Assembly (NCBI GenBank): GCA_020137815.1
Contig: CM035351.1
Location: forward strand, 186,001-250,000
DNA: 64,000 nucleotides
Direction: 5' to 3'
Origin: Hormiphora californensis
Taxonomy: Eukaryota > Animalia > Ctenophora
Shown here: piece after piece, positions 1-13,193 of the stretch
How positions within the stretch are numbered: position 1 is the stretch's first letter
Layout of the letters: each line of letters begins with the position of its first letter
Position numbers and translations under genes: made by a program
The notes under the pieces: generated by a model
Databases searched by the model: none
Seen by the model: the letters and a program-made list of their open reading frames with translations, nothing else
Told to the model about the DNA's origin: nothing

Positions 1-3000
1 CGTCTGTTGAGAAGAGAAGGACAGAGATCATCAGGGACCAGATGAAACAAATAGATGCCGCTCAGAGGAGGGAGAAAATGAAGTTCAATGATTTCGAACT
101 CGTCGCATCCCTACCAGAACACTTTAAAGTTAAAGGTACGTGATTGTAGTTCCACTAGTTAAAGGTACCACGCGGGGCCCAAAAAACAAGCTCTTACTCA
201 ACAACCATTACGTGTCAGGTACCCCTAACTATCCCATTACATCAGGTCTTGGAGGGAACGATTTACCGCGGAGAGCTCATTCAAGTCCTGTCTACAAAAC
301 CAAGTTCCACGAGGACAAGACCTTTGTACAAAGCCAATCTGAGTCTCTACCACTCTTTGTCGTGACTTCAACCCCTGCCAAGAACAGTACTAACCCTTAC
401 AAATCCACGGTGTGTACATGGGGGGGGACCTCTTAGAGAACTCCAACTTCATTAAAAACACGCTCATTATATATTTCCCTAATTCAGGACTACAAGTTTT
501 AACAACTTCGTTATGTCCACTGTCCCCCAGGATTACAAGTTAATCAAGGCGAAGTATGAGTCTCGTGCCAGGACAGACAGTATAAAGACAGACAGTGAAG
601 CGGACAGTAATAAACTGGACATCTCTTCCCAGGATTTTGATAAGAATATCATTAGGGGTAAGTTACTATTAGTGTCATTAGGGGTAAGTTACTGTTAGTG
701 TCATTAGGGGTAAGTTACTGTTAGTGTCATTAGGGGTAAGTTACTGTTAGTGTCATTAGGGGTAAGTTACTGTTAGTGTCATTAGGGGTAAGTTACTGTT
801 AGTGTCATTAGGGGTAAGTTACTGTTAGTGTCATTAGGGGTAAGTTACTGTTAGTGTCATTAGGGGTAAGTTACTGTTAGTGTCATTAGGGGTAAGTTAC
901 TGTTAGTGTCATTAGGGGTAAGTTACTGTTAGTGTCATTAGGGGTAAGTTACTGTTAGTGTCATTAGGGGTAAGTTACTGTTAGTGTCATTAGGGGTAAG
1001 TTACTGTTAGTGTCATTAGGGGTAAGTTACTGTTAGTGTCATTAGGGGTAAGTTACTGTTAGTGTCATTAGGGGTAAGTTACTGTTAGTGTCATTAGGGG
1101 TAAGTTACTGTTAGTGTCATTAGGGGTAAGTTACTGTTAGTGTCATTAGGGGTAAGTTACTGTTAGTGTCATTAGGGGTAAGTTACTGTTAGTGTCATTA
1201 GGGGTAAGTTACTGTTAGTGTCATTAGGGGTAAGTTACTGTTAGTGTCATTAGGGGTAAGTTACTGTTAGTGTCATTAGGGGTAAGTTACTGTTAGTGTC
1301 ATTAGGGGTAAGTTACTGTTAGTGTCATTAGGGGTAAGTTACTGTTAGTGTCATTAGGGGTAAGTTACTGTTAGTGTCATTAGGGGTAAGTTACTGTTAG
1401 TGTCATTAGGGGTAAGTTACTGTTAGTGTCATTAGGGGTAAGTTACTGTTAGTGTCATTAGGGGTAAGTTACTGTTAGTGTCATTAGGGGTAAGTTACTG
1501 TTAGTGTCATTAGGGGTAAGTTACTGTTAGTGTCATTAGGGGTAAGTTACTGTTAGTGTCATTAGGGGTAAGTTACTGTTAGTGTCATTAGGGGTAAGTT
1601 ACTGTTAGTGTCATTAGGGGTAAGTTACTGTTAGTGTCATTAGGGGTAAGTTACTGTTAGTGTCATTAGGGGTAAGTTACTGTTAGTGTCATTAGGAGTA
1701 AGTTACTGTTAGTGTCATTAGGGGTAAGTTACTGTTAGTGTCATTAGGGGTAAGTTACTGTTAGTGTCATTAGGGGTAAGTTACTGTTAGTGTCATTAGG
1801 GGTAAGTTACTGTTAGTGTCATTAGGGGTAAGTTACTGTTAGTGTCATTAGGGGTAAGTTACTGTTAGTGTCATTAGGGGTAAGTTACTGCTAGTGTCAT
1901 TAGGAGTAAGTTACTGTTAGTGTCATTAGGGGTAAGTTACTGTTAGTGTCATTAGGGGTAAGTTACTGTTAGTGTCATTAGGGGTAAGTTACTGTTACTG
2001 TCATTAGGGGTAAGTTACTGTTACTGTCATTAGGGGTAAGTTACTGTGTTGAGTAACAAAGTGATGTTAGTGCCAGGGATCGCGCTGTGTGTTTCCTAAG
2101 GAGAGTGCTACCAGAAAAATATATTTCCTCATGTGGGGGTGATCAGTTGTTGAATTCCCGTCCCACAATAATTTGATGAAATCACTCTGCACTGGGTATT
2201 TGTATAGCGTGAAACAGCAGTGCCTTGAAGGTCACTAATTCACGAATTTATTTTTGCAGGGTTGGAGGAGAAGGATGGTATAATAGCAGCAGAGGTAACG
2301 AGAGTACAGGGGGACCAGGGGACAGGGACGAGGGTGGAGGAAACTTCCGCAGAGACAAATGTTACTACTACAGACACTGACCAGGTTTGAATACCCCTCG
2401 AACAAAATGTCGCAGCTTTAGTGAGGCCTAGGTTAGGTCGTTTAACCCACTCCTCCTGACTTCCTCAGAGGAGACTCCTCTCCCTCCCTCCCTCCCTCAC
2501 TCCTCTAGCTGAATGTTATAATCAGCCATAATAACACGTCATACTAATTATGATCTCCATACACAGGGTGTTGAGAAAGTGACGTCTACACAAGTGTTTA
2601 TTGATTTGATAGAGGATGAGGCAACCAAGAAAAGGAAGGAATTGGAGGGAAAGGAGGAAGGAGACACTGCAGTTACTGCTCCTACTACAGCAGGTGGGTT
2701 TGGGGAAGGACAATGATCTCAATTATAGGTTTTACATGCGGGTGACATCCTTATAAGCAGCCCCTGAGACAGTGTCAAGCGACTCAAACCTCCCCCACAT
2801 CCCCTTCACTTTGAATCAAATGAAACCCATTATTTCACTAGGTGATCAGAGTGGTGATCAGCCCACAGTTGCCCGAAGTAGTGAGGGTAGTAGTGAGGGA
2901 GGAGGTGAACCTGTCACTGTTTACCCCTCAGTAGTCTCACTCTCATCGACCACGTCCAAAGAGCAAAAAACTGGTGCCGGCCTCACAGAAGAGGTAACTA

Positions 3001-6000
3001 CATGACATGTGTTAACACACGTCTCAAACTGGGGGGGACTGACTGAAGGGGTAACTACACGTCTCAAACTGGGGGGGGGGGGGGGGCTCACTGAAGAGGT
3101 AACTACATGTGTCAAACTGGGGGGGGGGGGACTGAAGGGGTAACCATGTCTCAAACATACATGTCTCAAAGTTCAAACTTGCTGGTTATCTGGTAGTAGT
3201 ACTTGTCAAATGGGGGGGGGGGGGGAGAAGAGTGGTAAAATTACTACCAAATACATAACTCTCTCGACGAGGAAACCAAGATTTTTTATTTCAGATTTCG
3301 ACTTCGGACACTGCAGGAGTGGGTGATAAGAGGGCTGCTTTGGAAGATGCCAAGGGGATGGTAAAAGATATTGCTCAGAGAAAGAAAAAACGGCCGGGTA
3401 GGTATTGACGTGCTAACAGAGCAGCTTTCTTCTGCCGCTTTTGAACTTTATTACTCCTTCATAAAACGCAGTACTCCTTCATAAAACCATCCTATTTACA
3501 ACTGCTTCATGAAATGCATCACACACATCTGTCTCACTAACCCGAGACCCGTGTTAGGTGCCACAGATCCCCTAAAACGCAGAGGATCCACCAGGCGCAG
3601 GAAGACCCCGACAGGCCAACCTGGGGGGACGAGCCCAGGCAGGTTAGCCAGTGACAATGAGTTCAGGGAGAAGGCACCACCGAGATCACTGGTATCAATG
3701 CACAAGGACGGAGGCCCTCAAGAAAGCACCTCATCCATCAAACAACATAACAAATCAGCATCCACCGGTAGTACTGCATGTTACCATGGCAACCCCCCTA
3801 ACAACCTGCATGTTACCATAGTTACCATGACACTCAGGGAGTGTAGATCTAGAGCTCTCTAACACCACCCCTCCCCCAGGATCACGGAAGAAGAGGGGTG
3901 GATCATCGAGGGGTAGCAGCAGTAGGGGAGGGGGAGGAGGGGTGCCAGATAAATCGGTAGCATGGGATGTGGCCCCCGCTCTGCAGTGTTGCTCTGATGA
4001 CGAGGAGGTTTTCACAGCACCGCCTCTACAAACCATGTTGCTGGCTGATGACGCAGTGGACGATCAGGGGGTGTCAGGGGGACGGAGGAAGAAACTGGAC
4101 AGGAAGAGGGTTACTGCAGAGAAGATAGTGACAGGAGGATCAGGAGATATTGGGAAACAGGTGGTACCTGAACTCGTTATTACCGGGGACCCTGACTCTA
4201 CTTCACCCACAGGTACTGCACTGAGACACATGTGATTCACCAGCAGGTACACTGAGACACATGTGATTCACCATGTTTCCGGAGACACATGTTTCTATTG
4301 TGATTCCCTGTACGATCAAACATTTCTAAACATTTCTAAATAAAACATTGCCAATGTTCTAACGTACTCTTTGCACATTGTAGGCCTGGTTAAGATACCA
4401 GATGAGGAGACAGAGGAGAGGTTGCGACAGGAGGAGAGAGAGAAGGAGCAGAGACTGGTAGAGCAGCTGGAGAGAAGGGTCAATGAAGATGATGGCCCTC
4501 TCAGACGACTTGGTAAGATATAACTGTATGAGTGTGAGTGTAGCGATATATTGATTTTGGTGAATATTCGTGACTTGGTACCCAAGCAATTACACAATCA
4601 CTGTCAAACCACCTAACTTTATTTTCGGGTAGGGTCCAGGATAACCAGACTCCAGACCCTCGTTTAGCTAACTACTTTAATTACCTTCAGACTCTTCTGA
4701 AGGAGCACTATAGTTAATGCAGTCATTACGTCATATGTCTAGCCACGCCACGTAATAGGATGGATCTTTCCACAAGCAACTGAATTTATTGAAATGTTAG
4801 AACAGAAAATCATAAAAGATGAACCCTGATCATATCTCTTGATTATTAGCAACTAATTAACTAATCCCATTACCTCTACAGGAGAGAAGGTTGGGGCGAT
4901 AGAGAAGGAGACTATAGGGTTAACTAATTCCATTACCTCTACAGGAGAGAAGGTTGGGGCGATAGAGAAGGAGACTATAGGGTTAACTAATCCCATTACC
5001 TCTACAGGAGAGAAGGTTGGAGCGATAGAGAAGGAGACTATAGGGTTAACTAATTCCATTACCTCTATAACAGGAGAGAAGGTTGGGGCGATAGAGAAGG
5101 AGACTATAGGGTTAACTAATCCCATTACCTCTACAGGAGAGAAGGTTGGGGCGATAGAGAAGGAGACTATAGGGTTAACTAATCCCATTACCTCTACAGG
5201 AGAGAAGGTTGGGGCGATAGAGAAGGATACTATAGGGTTAACTAATTCCATTACCTCTACAGGAGAGAAGGTTGGGGCGATAGAGAAGGAGACTATAGGG
5301 TTAACTAATCCCATTACCTCAACAGGAGAGAAGGTTGGGGCGATAGAGAAGGAGACTATAGGGTTAACTAATTCCATTACCTCTACAGGAGAGAAGGTTG
5401 GGGCGATAGAGAAGGAGACGATGGAGCTGAAGGACAAGGAGGCAGCGATGAGGGCACAAGGATTAGAGGCTGAACTTGCTAAGAAGGAAAAAGAGAGGAG
5501 GGCATACGAAGAGGTATACTTTGATGAATAGTAACAGTAACACCCTCGTTAGGCATGCCCATTGAGCATCTTCTGCTGATGTTTTCAGGGGACATGCATA
5601 CAACTGATCTATGATCCACCTCTATTAAGAGGGTAATATACCTGACACATTCCACCTCTCTATCTGCAGGTAATGCGTGCCCAAGAGGAGGAATACGAGA
5701 GACACTTGGCGAACATGTTACGCCAGGAGGAGGAAAAGAACATGGAGTTTCTCAACAAGATCAGGAGGGAGGAGATAATGAGGGACGCTAAGAGGAAGCT
5801 GGCTCTGTTCCGACAAAACCAGAACATGGAGCTGAGACAGCATGTTAGGCTGATAAAGTTCAAACACAAGTTCACCGTGCCCTTCAAATTCTCTTACTTC
5901 CCCCAGGTCAGTTTTTAATATCAGCTTCTATAGTGTTACCAGGTTGGAGTAGAGCGATTCTGGTTGACTCTAACTATAGTATCAGCTCTTACTAAGAACT

Positions 6001-6289
6001 GATACTATAATTAAGTCTGTACTTAGTTTAAGAAGGGAACTACACAGCGTATAACACCCTTCCCCCTTTCTGTAGATGAAAGTTAACCCCACCCCTTTCT
6101 GTAGATGAGAGTTAACACCCCCCCCCCCCACCACCCCCCTCCCCCAACTATACAGTGTAACACCCCCCCCCCTTTCTGTTATAGATGAAAGTTAACTACA
6201 TGAAGATTGTGAACCCAGCTGAGTGTACTGGGCCGGGGAATGGGGAGAAGGGACGCAAAAAGAGCTCCACCAAGGGATCCCTCACATAG
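1..6289 (+). CDS. 3' part of a multi-exon gene: low-complexity protein with a charged coiled-coil C-terminus ending ...FTVPFKFSYFPQMKVNYMKIVNPAECTGPGNGEKGRKKSSTKGSLT (KIAA2012/DUF4670-like from memory only)
   Basis: Phase-consistent GT-AG exon chain: <1-135, 246-409, 531-657, 2260-2384, 2567-2693, 2842-2993, 3295-3397, 3558-3767, 3838-4212, 4384-4512, 5389-5513, 5670-5906, 6185-6289 (TAG). The family guess is unverified. Confidence 0.75.
649..2046 (+). repeat. 26-bp minisatellite (~54 copies) spanning a splice donor: TCATTAGGG|GTAAGTTACTGTTAGTG
   Basis: The first copy is the end of exon 531-657 plus its donor; copies are near identical. Confidence 0.95.
4858..5419 (+). repeat. 63-bp minisatellite (9 copies) spanning branch point, acceptor and exon start
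   Basis: CTAAT..CATTACCTCTACAG|GAGAGAAGGTTGGGGCG...; acceptor AGs end at 4881, 4944, 5007, 5073, 5136, 5199, 5262, 5325, 5388; the last copy runs into unique exon sequence. Confidence 0.95.
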
Positions 6290-6990
6290 ACAGCTGCCAG
6301 AAAAGTAAAACCTAGCTGTCAGAGGATCATGGCAGCTGACTTGTTGAGTAACTCAACAGCTGACAGTGAAACGGTTCTCCTAGAAACAGTGGTTTTGTAT
6401 AGTGCGGATTAAACCTGAATTGTAATGGAAATGATATTTGCATGCAGCAGGTTAAATTTGACGATTCGCTTCAAATGATATAAGTACACTCACTATAACA
6501 GCCCGGGAGTTGAACGTCCCCTCCCCCCTGCTCCATGACTATACGGGCCGCATACATCCAACAAGTTAACAGCCCATCCCCCAACTGTACCCCAGCACGC
6601 CCCCAACTTACAGTGGTAACACCCCCCCCCCCTTTCTGTTATAGATGAAAGTTAACTACATGAAGATTGTGAACCCAGCTGAGTGTACTGGGCCGGGGAA
6701 TGGGGAGAAGGGACGCAAAAAGAGCTCCACCAAGGGATCCCTCACATAGACAGCTGCCAGAAAAGTAAAACCTAGCTGTCAGAGGATCATGGCAGCTGAC
6801 TTGTTGAGTAACTCAACAGCTGACAGTGAAACGGTTCTCCTAGAAACAGTGGTTTTGTATAGTGCGGATATAAGATTGAATTGTATGGGAAAATGAATAT
6901 TGTGCATGCAGCAGGTTAAATTTGACGATTGTTCAAGAATGGATATAAGTACACTACTATAACAGCCGGGAGTTGAACTGTCCTCCCTTG
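6160..6990 (+). repeat. 460-bp tandem duplication of the terminal exon and 3' UTR
   Basis: Exon 6185-6289 is repeated identically at 6645-6749; indel-rich sequence at about 6410-6620 suggests a possible assembly artefact. Confidence 0.8.
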
Positions 6991-7269
6991 TTGAGTAAGG
7001 GTGAGACTCAACAAGTCCTCCCTGGACAATATGAACATTTGGACTGACATTGTGACAGTGCTGCTTGTAGTGTCATTACGGTAATGGTACTACGGTAATG
7101 GCTCTATAACAAGCAGCACAGTAGTGATTGTGTGGATGATGAATTGAATGAAGATGTAAATATATTGTAAATTACAGATATATCTTTCTTTCTAACCACG
7201 AATAATGTCGCCAATAATCCCCCAAAATGGCCCCAAAATATATATTAACTTACCATAGTTGCTGTTATT

Positions 7270-7597
<328 letters not shown>

Positions 7598-8234
7598 CTC
7601 GGGGTACTCTCATAGACGCTAGTATGCAAGGCATATTCAGGTGCCGGCAGGCACCTCCGGCCCGTGTCATTATTTCCTGATATACTTCCTAATTCCTGAT
7701 ATTTCCTAATTCCTGATATTTCCTAATATACTCGGGTACTTTTTGTTGTTGGTCCTTTAATATATTTTCCTCTCCAAATGACGAGGTTTTATCAGTATCA
7801 CAAAGGGATAGAGAGATGGAGAGGGATTGAGAGGGCCTTCTCGAGAAGGCCCTCTCAATCCATCTACCTACATCTCTGTCTATCCCCCGACCTGCCCTTG
7901 TACAACGTATAACAATTGCTAGCATGAAATAATGTTACAATTAGTCACACTCACCAAACACTAGGGCCGGGTACGGCAGGTTGCAATGAAGTGATGTTGC
8001 TCTCTGCAGATTGGCCACAGGGGGCCGGGGCCCAACTCTCTGGATCCTAGTGATACACAAGTATCCGTCCTATATGGTAATGGAAACGCCCTGAAAATAT
8101 TTAAAGAAAAAGAAGCATGCACATTGACGAACCAATTTTGATGAATCAATTTTAAAAATGCACTGAAGTCGAAGTCGAAAATACAAAGTAGTTAATTCTT
8201 GCCTAGCTCGACCCCTTTTCAGAAACCGTAATGG

Positions 8235-8373
8235 TCAGATACCGTATTCCCACTACAAGCTGTCTGGCGCCGCGACCCATCCCAATTTGAGAATCAAATG
8301 GGGTATGGCGCCGCCATACAGACTACAAGCAGCACTGGAACAGTGCTGCTTGTAGTGGGAATACGGTATCTGA
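8235..8373. mobile_element. Small MITE-like foldback element
   Basis: Perfect 26-bp inverted repeat TCAGATACCGTATTCCCACTACAAGC (8235-8260 / 8348-8373). Confidence 0.6.
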
Positions 8374-10567
8374 ATAAAACTACCATGGTAGTGGTACTGT
8401 AGTACCACTACTGCAGCAGTACTACCACTTGTCGCCACTACAAGCACCACTGATATTGAGGTGAACTTGTCCATTGCGGCCAGCATGAGTGACCAGGCAC
8501 GGCCCACTCTCATATTATGTGTATGAATAATGAGTTCATAAATAATGAAAAATGAGGCCTCCTCGACCTCAGTGCCCGATGTCGCCTCAGTGCACGAGGC
8601 CTCCTCACGTTGTAGCGAGGCCTCCTCACTGCACGGGGGCGGAGCGACTGCGTCGCTCACGCGTCACGTACAGTGCAGGGGATAGCGCGACTTGCCCAAT
8701 CACTGAGGCGAGTGAGGCGACGTTATAGACTCATGCTTATAGCGGATAGACTTATCAGACTTGTTACTATTATTGTTAGGGTTAGCACACGTCAACGTTG
8801 ACATCAAAATTAAAATTCGACGCTTTTGGTGACAACATTTCTTGGCAAAATTGCGTCATTTTGGGCTTTTTGGAAAGAGGACATAACATCCAAAAAGCCC
8901 AAAATGAAGCAATTTTGCCAAGAAAGTTGTCACTAAAACCCGGGTACTTTTTTGTAAGTTGGTCCCTTATGCGCATGTTAAAATTTCTAAAAAATCCCTG
9001 AAATCCGGGATTGATCTGGCCTTTTTGGTCTGGCTTTTTTGGCACTTTTTGATCTGGCGTTTTTTGGCTTTCCCCCGACAATTTCTGGGTTTTTTGGGAT
9101 CAGGGAACTGCACTGGTCAAAGAGGGGGCTTGGTGACTGGTCATTGCATGTCAAAGAGGGGGCTTGGTGAGTGGTCATTGCATGTCAAAGAACCCGCCGA
9201 TACTACCACCACTTGTTCCATCGAACATGCAGTGATGAACCAATGCACTGAAGTCAAAGTAGTTAATTCTTGCCTAGCTCGACCCCTTTAATTTAACAAG
9301 TTAATTCTCGGTGACTGGGAGAGAGATAAATTCAGTGCATTTTTCTAAAAATAGAATGAAAGATTGTCCAGTAATTTGGTTGAAAACAAAGAATATATTA
9401 AAATATATCAATTTACATTTCAAGATTATAATTTTAAAATTGTATTTACATAAAAACTGGGTAGGTCACCTCATTTCTCATTGAGTAAGTTGTGACACTG
9501 ACAGTGCTGGTACTCTGTCAAATTAGCCGCCCGCCGCACAGCGCCGCCCAAAGGGTTGTTTACAACGTCCAAGACGCGCAAAAAAGCATTGAATGTCAGT
9601 GCGTTTTGGACGTCGTGGACAACGCTCTTGGCGACACTTTATGCTTGCGGTCAATATGACGGAGCACCCATAATGTTACTCAACAACTTCCATATCTGCT
9701 GCTCAGATTGACAGCAACTGCTGCAGCCCTTCAAGGTTGACATTGCCTCAACAACATAAATAATATTTTAGTCAACAAGATTAATTGCATTATGTTCTAA
9801 CATAATTTCCCTGCCATGTGAATATATGAAGAAAGGAAATCATGACCAGATCCGCTGTAGCAGCAAGCGGGACACAAAATCCCGATGATTTATACATCAG
9901 ACAAACAGTATAGAGCAAATCCTTGTGTTTTAGTAGCACTAAATTGCGCGCCACGCCACCACATTGCGCACCACACATTTCCTGAAAACGTGCCAATGAA
10001 GTGGTTTATGAAGGAGCAGCTCGTAACTGTGTGCGCGGCTCTTGTTGCTACACCGTTGCCCCTCGCAACTAAAGTGTGACCAAAAAATGTCCCTCTACCG
10101 ATTAGTTAGTATACCAAAATGTCGTTTTCGAATTCTAACCCTGCTATGCCTTTTTACAAAGTAAAAAGGCATCCGGGTGAATGCCTTCGGCATTCACCCG
10201 GGCAGGGAAAAAATTAGGATAATAAAAACAGTATAGGACCTCTCACGGGCCCTTATTCAACAATAAGAGTGTGTTCTCCTATGTAACATCATGTCAAGGG
10301 CTCGTAACATATGCCATGGTCTGACATGGTCTGACATGTAACATATCATGGTCTGACATGTAACATATCATGGTCTGACATGTAACACGCGGCAAGTCAC
10401 GGCTTGGGAAGTTCATCCGGGGAAGTATTGAAATATGTCATCATGACACAAGAGAGCTGCATTACCAGAGAGAGAGAGGGGGGGAACACGCTGGTCAGAG
10501 AGGGATCAGGGAACACTGGTCGTGGTGAGTGGTCATTGCATTGCCAGAGAGGGGGCTTGGTGAGTGG

Positions 10568-11377
10568 TCATTGCATGTCAAAGAAGCCGCCGATACTACC
10601 ACCACTTGTTCCATCGAACATGCCGCTAGTCATTGTCAGATCGTCCCGTTTACTAAACCTGGACACATTCTCCTCCTTCCCAAACACGTTCACGATGGCC
10701 ATGTTGAACACACTGACTCTCTCATACAGCCTCACATAGATAGAGGACTGGTGGATAACAAAACACACAAATGCCAGACTAGCCACTGTAATGATAGCGA
10801 CCTTGATCCAGTATGCAGTTGAGTCTTTATCGGAGTTGAGGCACTGGCTAATCAGGGCATAGTCGGCCCAGATGAAGAATATCAGGGTGACCACGTGTAG
10901 AGAGAATATTATCCCGTACTTGGCTTTTTGTGTGGATGACATTGGGGGTATCTTCCAGTTTTTTATCTTATTCTTCTCCCGCTTTATTTTGAACTGATAG
11001 AAACACACTTCACACCGCCCCTTGAAGGATGTGTTTAGCCAGTGAATGAGACAGTCCCTGTGTACATATTGCATGGTGCCCAAACACTCGCAGGGTTGTA
11101 TCAATGGGTCTCCCTCCTCATGTCCACACAGACATATTCTGCACTTCTCTAGAGGTGGGGGTCCACCCCTCTTGGTCTTGTTACGTTTAGGCTGCTTCTT
11201 CATTTCCCCCAGGGTGTCTGCTGACTCAGTATCCTTATCCACTGAGCCCAGGAATTCTTCCATCAGGGCTGCAGGGGCATCTTCGAACGGGTCAGAGAGG
11301 GCAGGAAGGGTGATGGTGGTTGAAGCGGGGGGATCAGGATTGGAGGGTAGATTGCTAGGTGCTACTGCCACCATCAT
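10568..11377 (-). CDS. MARCH-family RING-CH membrane E3 ubiquitin ligase (CDS appears single-exon)
   Basis: C4HC3 RINGv motif CRIC...PCECLGTMQYVHRDCLIHW...CEVC followed by two hydrophobic TM segments. Confidence 0.9.
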   Translation of the reverse strand: MMVAVAPSNLPSNPDPPASTTITLPALSDPFEDAPAALMEEFLGSVDKDTESADTLGEMKKQPKRNKTKRGGPPPLEKCRICLCGHEEGDPLIQPCECLGTMQYVHRDCLIHWLNTSFKGRCEVCFYQFKIKREKNKIKNWKIPPMSSTQKAKYGIIFSLHVVTLIFFIWADYALISQCLNSDKDSTAYWIKVAIITVASLAFVCFVIHQSSIYVRLYERVSVFNMAIVNVFGKEENVSRFSKRDDLTMTSGMFDGTSGGSIGGFFDMQ

Positions 11378-12173
11378 ATTACTAGGAGGGGGAGAGAGGG
11401 GGGTTAGTAAACAGCTAATTAGAACTGGGGGAGGGAGAGGGGGGAGGGTTAGTAAACATACTGTGAGGGGGTACCAGGGGGTAAGCAGGGGAGGGTTATA
11501 GGGGGTTGGGGCAGGGGAAGGTTATAGGTGGTTGAGGGCAGGGGTTAGTAGACAGAACATGGGGAAGATGGGGGAGGGAGAGAGAAGGGGGTTTAGCAAT
11601 GGGACAGAGAAAGGGTTTAGCAATGGGAGAGAGAAGGGGGTTAGCAGGGAGATAGAGATGAGGAGGGTAGGAGTCAAGGCGAGTAACAGGTTAGAAGATA
11701 ATGAAGAAGGGGGTGATGAGGGTGAGAGAAGAAGGGTGAGAGGAGGAGGTAGTTCTTGGTTAAGTTAATGAAGTTAATGAAACTGATTAGGCCAGTTTGG
11801 AACGAATTTTTCAGAGATAATAATCTAGAGGATGATAGATGCAGATTCCACAAGTGCTACCATTCTATTTAGCGGATATTTCGTATTAACATGCTTACGA
11901 GGCAACTAAAATTAGTGTGTAAGGTGTTGTTCATATTGACCTGTAATTAGGTAATATATCAACTGATGTCATAATACCCATGTGTAATACCTGTGTAATA
12001 CACCTGTATAACTGTGTGTCCTAATACTGACTACACTCTATACCATAGTTTTTGTAGATCTCCCACTACATATATTACAGCTACAACAAGCTACAACAAG
12101 CTACAACAAGCTCTACAACAAGCTACAACAAGCTACAACAAGCTCTACAACAAGCTACAACAAGCTCTACAAC

Positions 12174-12781
12174 ATGGACGGGGGTTATAAAGGAGCAGAT
12201 TATAAAGGATCACTAGATGGGGGCTCCTCAGTGTACTCTATTCTAATACACACTGGTTCTGTTTACCCTCAACTCAAATCAACAAGGTAAGATCTACTAT
12301 GTATTCCTAGTAAAGTCGGATTTTTTGAAACTGTCACCCCCCTGAAATAACAAAATGTGTCATATCTCCGATTCCTGATAAGATAGAGACTTGAAATTTG
12401 GAGGTTCGGAAGAACTTAGCAAGATCTTCGTAACCTCCAAATTTCAAGTCTCTATCTCATCAGGAACCAGATCAACTAGGTAAGATAGGGGGGGTCTCAT
12501 GTTGGTTTTGTTGAGACCATGAGACATGAGACCCCCCCCCCCCCGGTAAGATCTACTGTCTATGTTTTCCTAGTAGCGGGTTTTAGACCACATGGTCAGA
12601 CCCTAACCCACAACTCGAATCAACTTAAGGTACTTATTCTCTGTTATAAGTGACTTACTTAGTAAGATATATTCTTTGTTAAGTACTACGGGATACAATA
12701 AATATATTTATATTTTCTCTCTCCCTCATACTCGTCTATTGTCCCAATTTAAATGTGTCTTGCAACCTCTCTCACTGCATC

Positions 12782-12833
<52 letters not shown>

Positions 12834-13153
12834 CTTTACTAAAAAGGTCTCTGATATCTCTGTTATAAAAAAGTAACAAAACCCACGACCAGAGAGCTCA
12901 ACAAACATGGGTCATGGTTACTGAGACGTGGTTTATGATTAGTAACCATTGGTAACCATGGTTACTCAGCATGATTAATGGAGCAAATATCAGTAACAGA
13001 GTTTTAAACGAAGGGATAATAGCTATTTGGATTCAAAGCCTCCAAAACCACTTATATTAGCTGTTGAGTAGCTACTGGCTCCCCACATGATACTCTTTAT
13101 TTGGCCAACTCCCTCTTTCTCTGTCTCTCTCTCTCTCTGTCTCTGTCTCTCTC

Positions 13154-13193
<40 letters not shown>

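Noticed and set aside
6620-6990. Alternative terminal exon of gene 1
   Set aside because: Identical to 6185-6289 with an indel-rich junction; more likely an assembly duplication.
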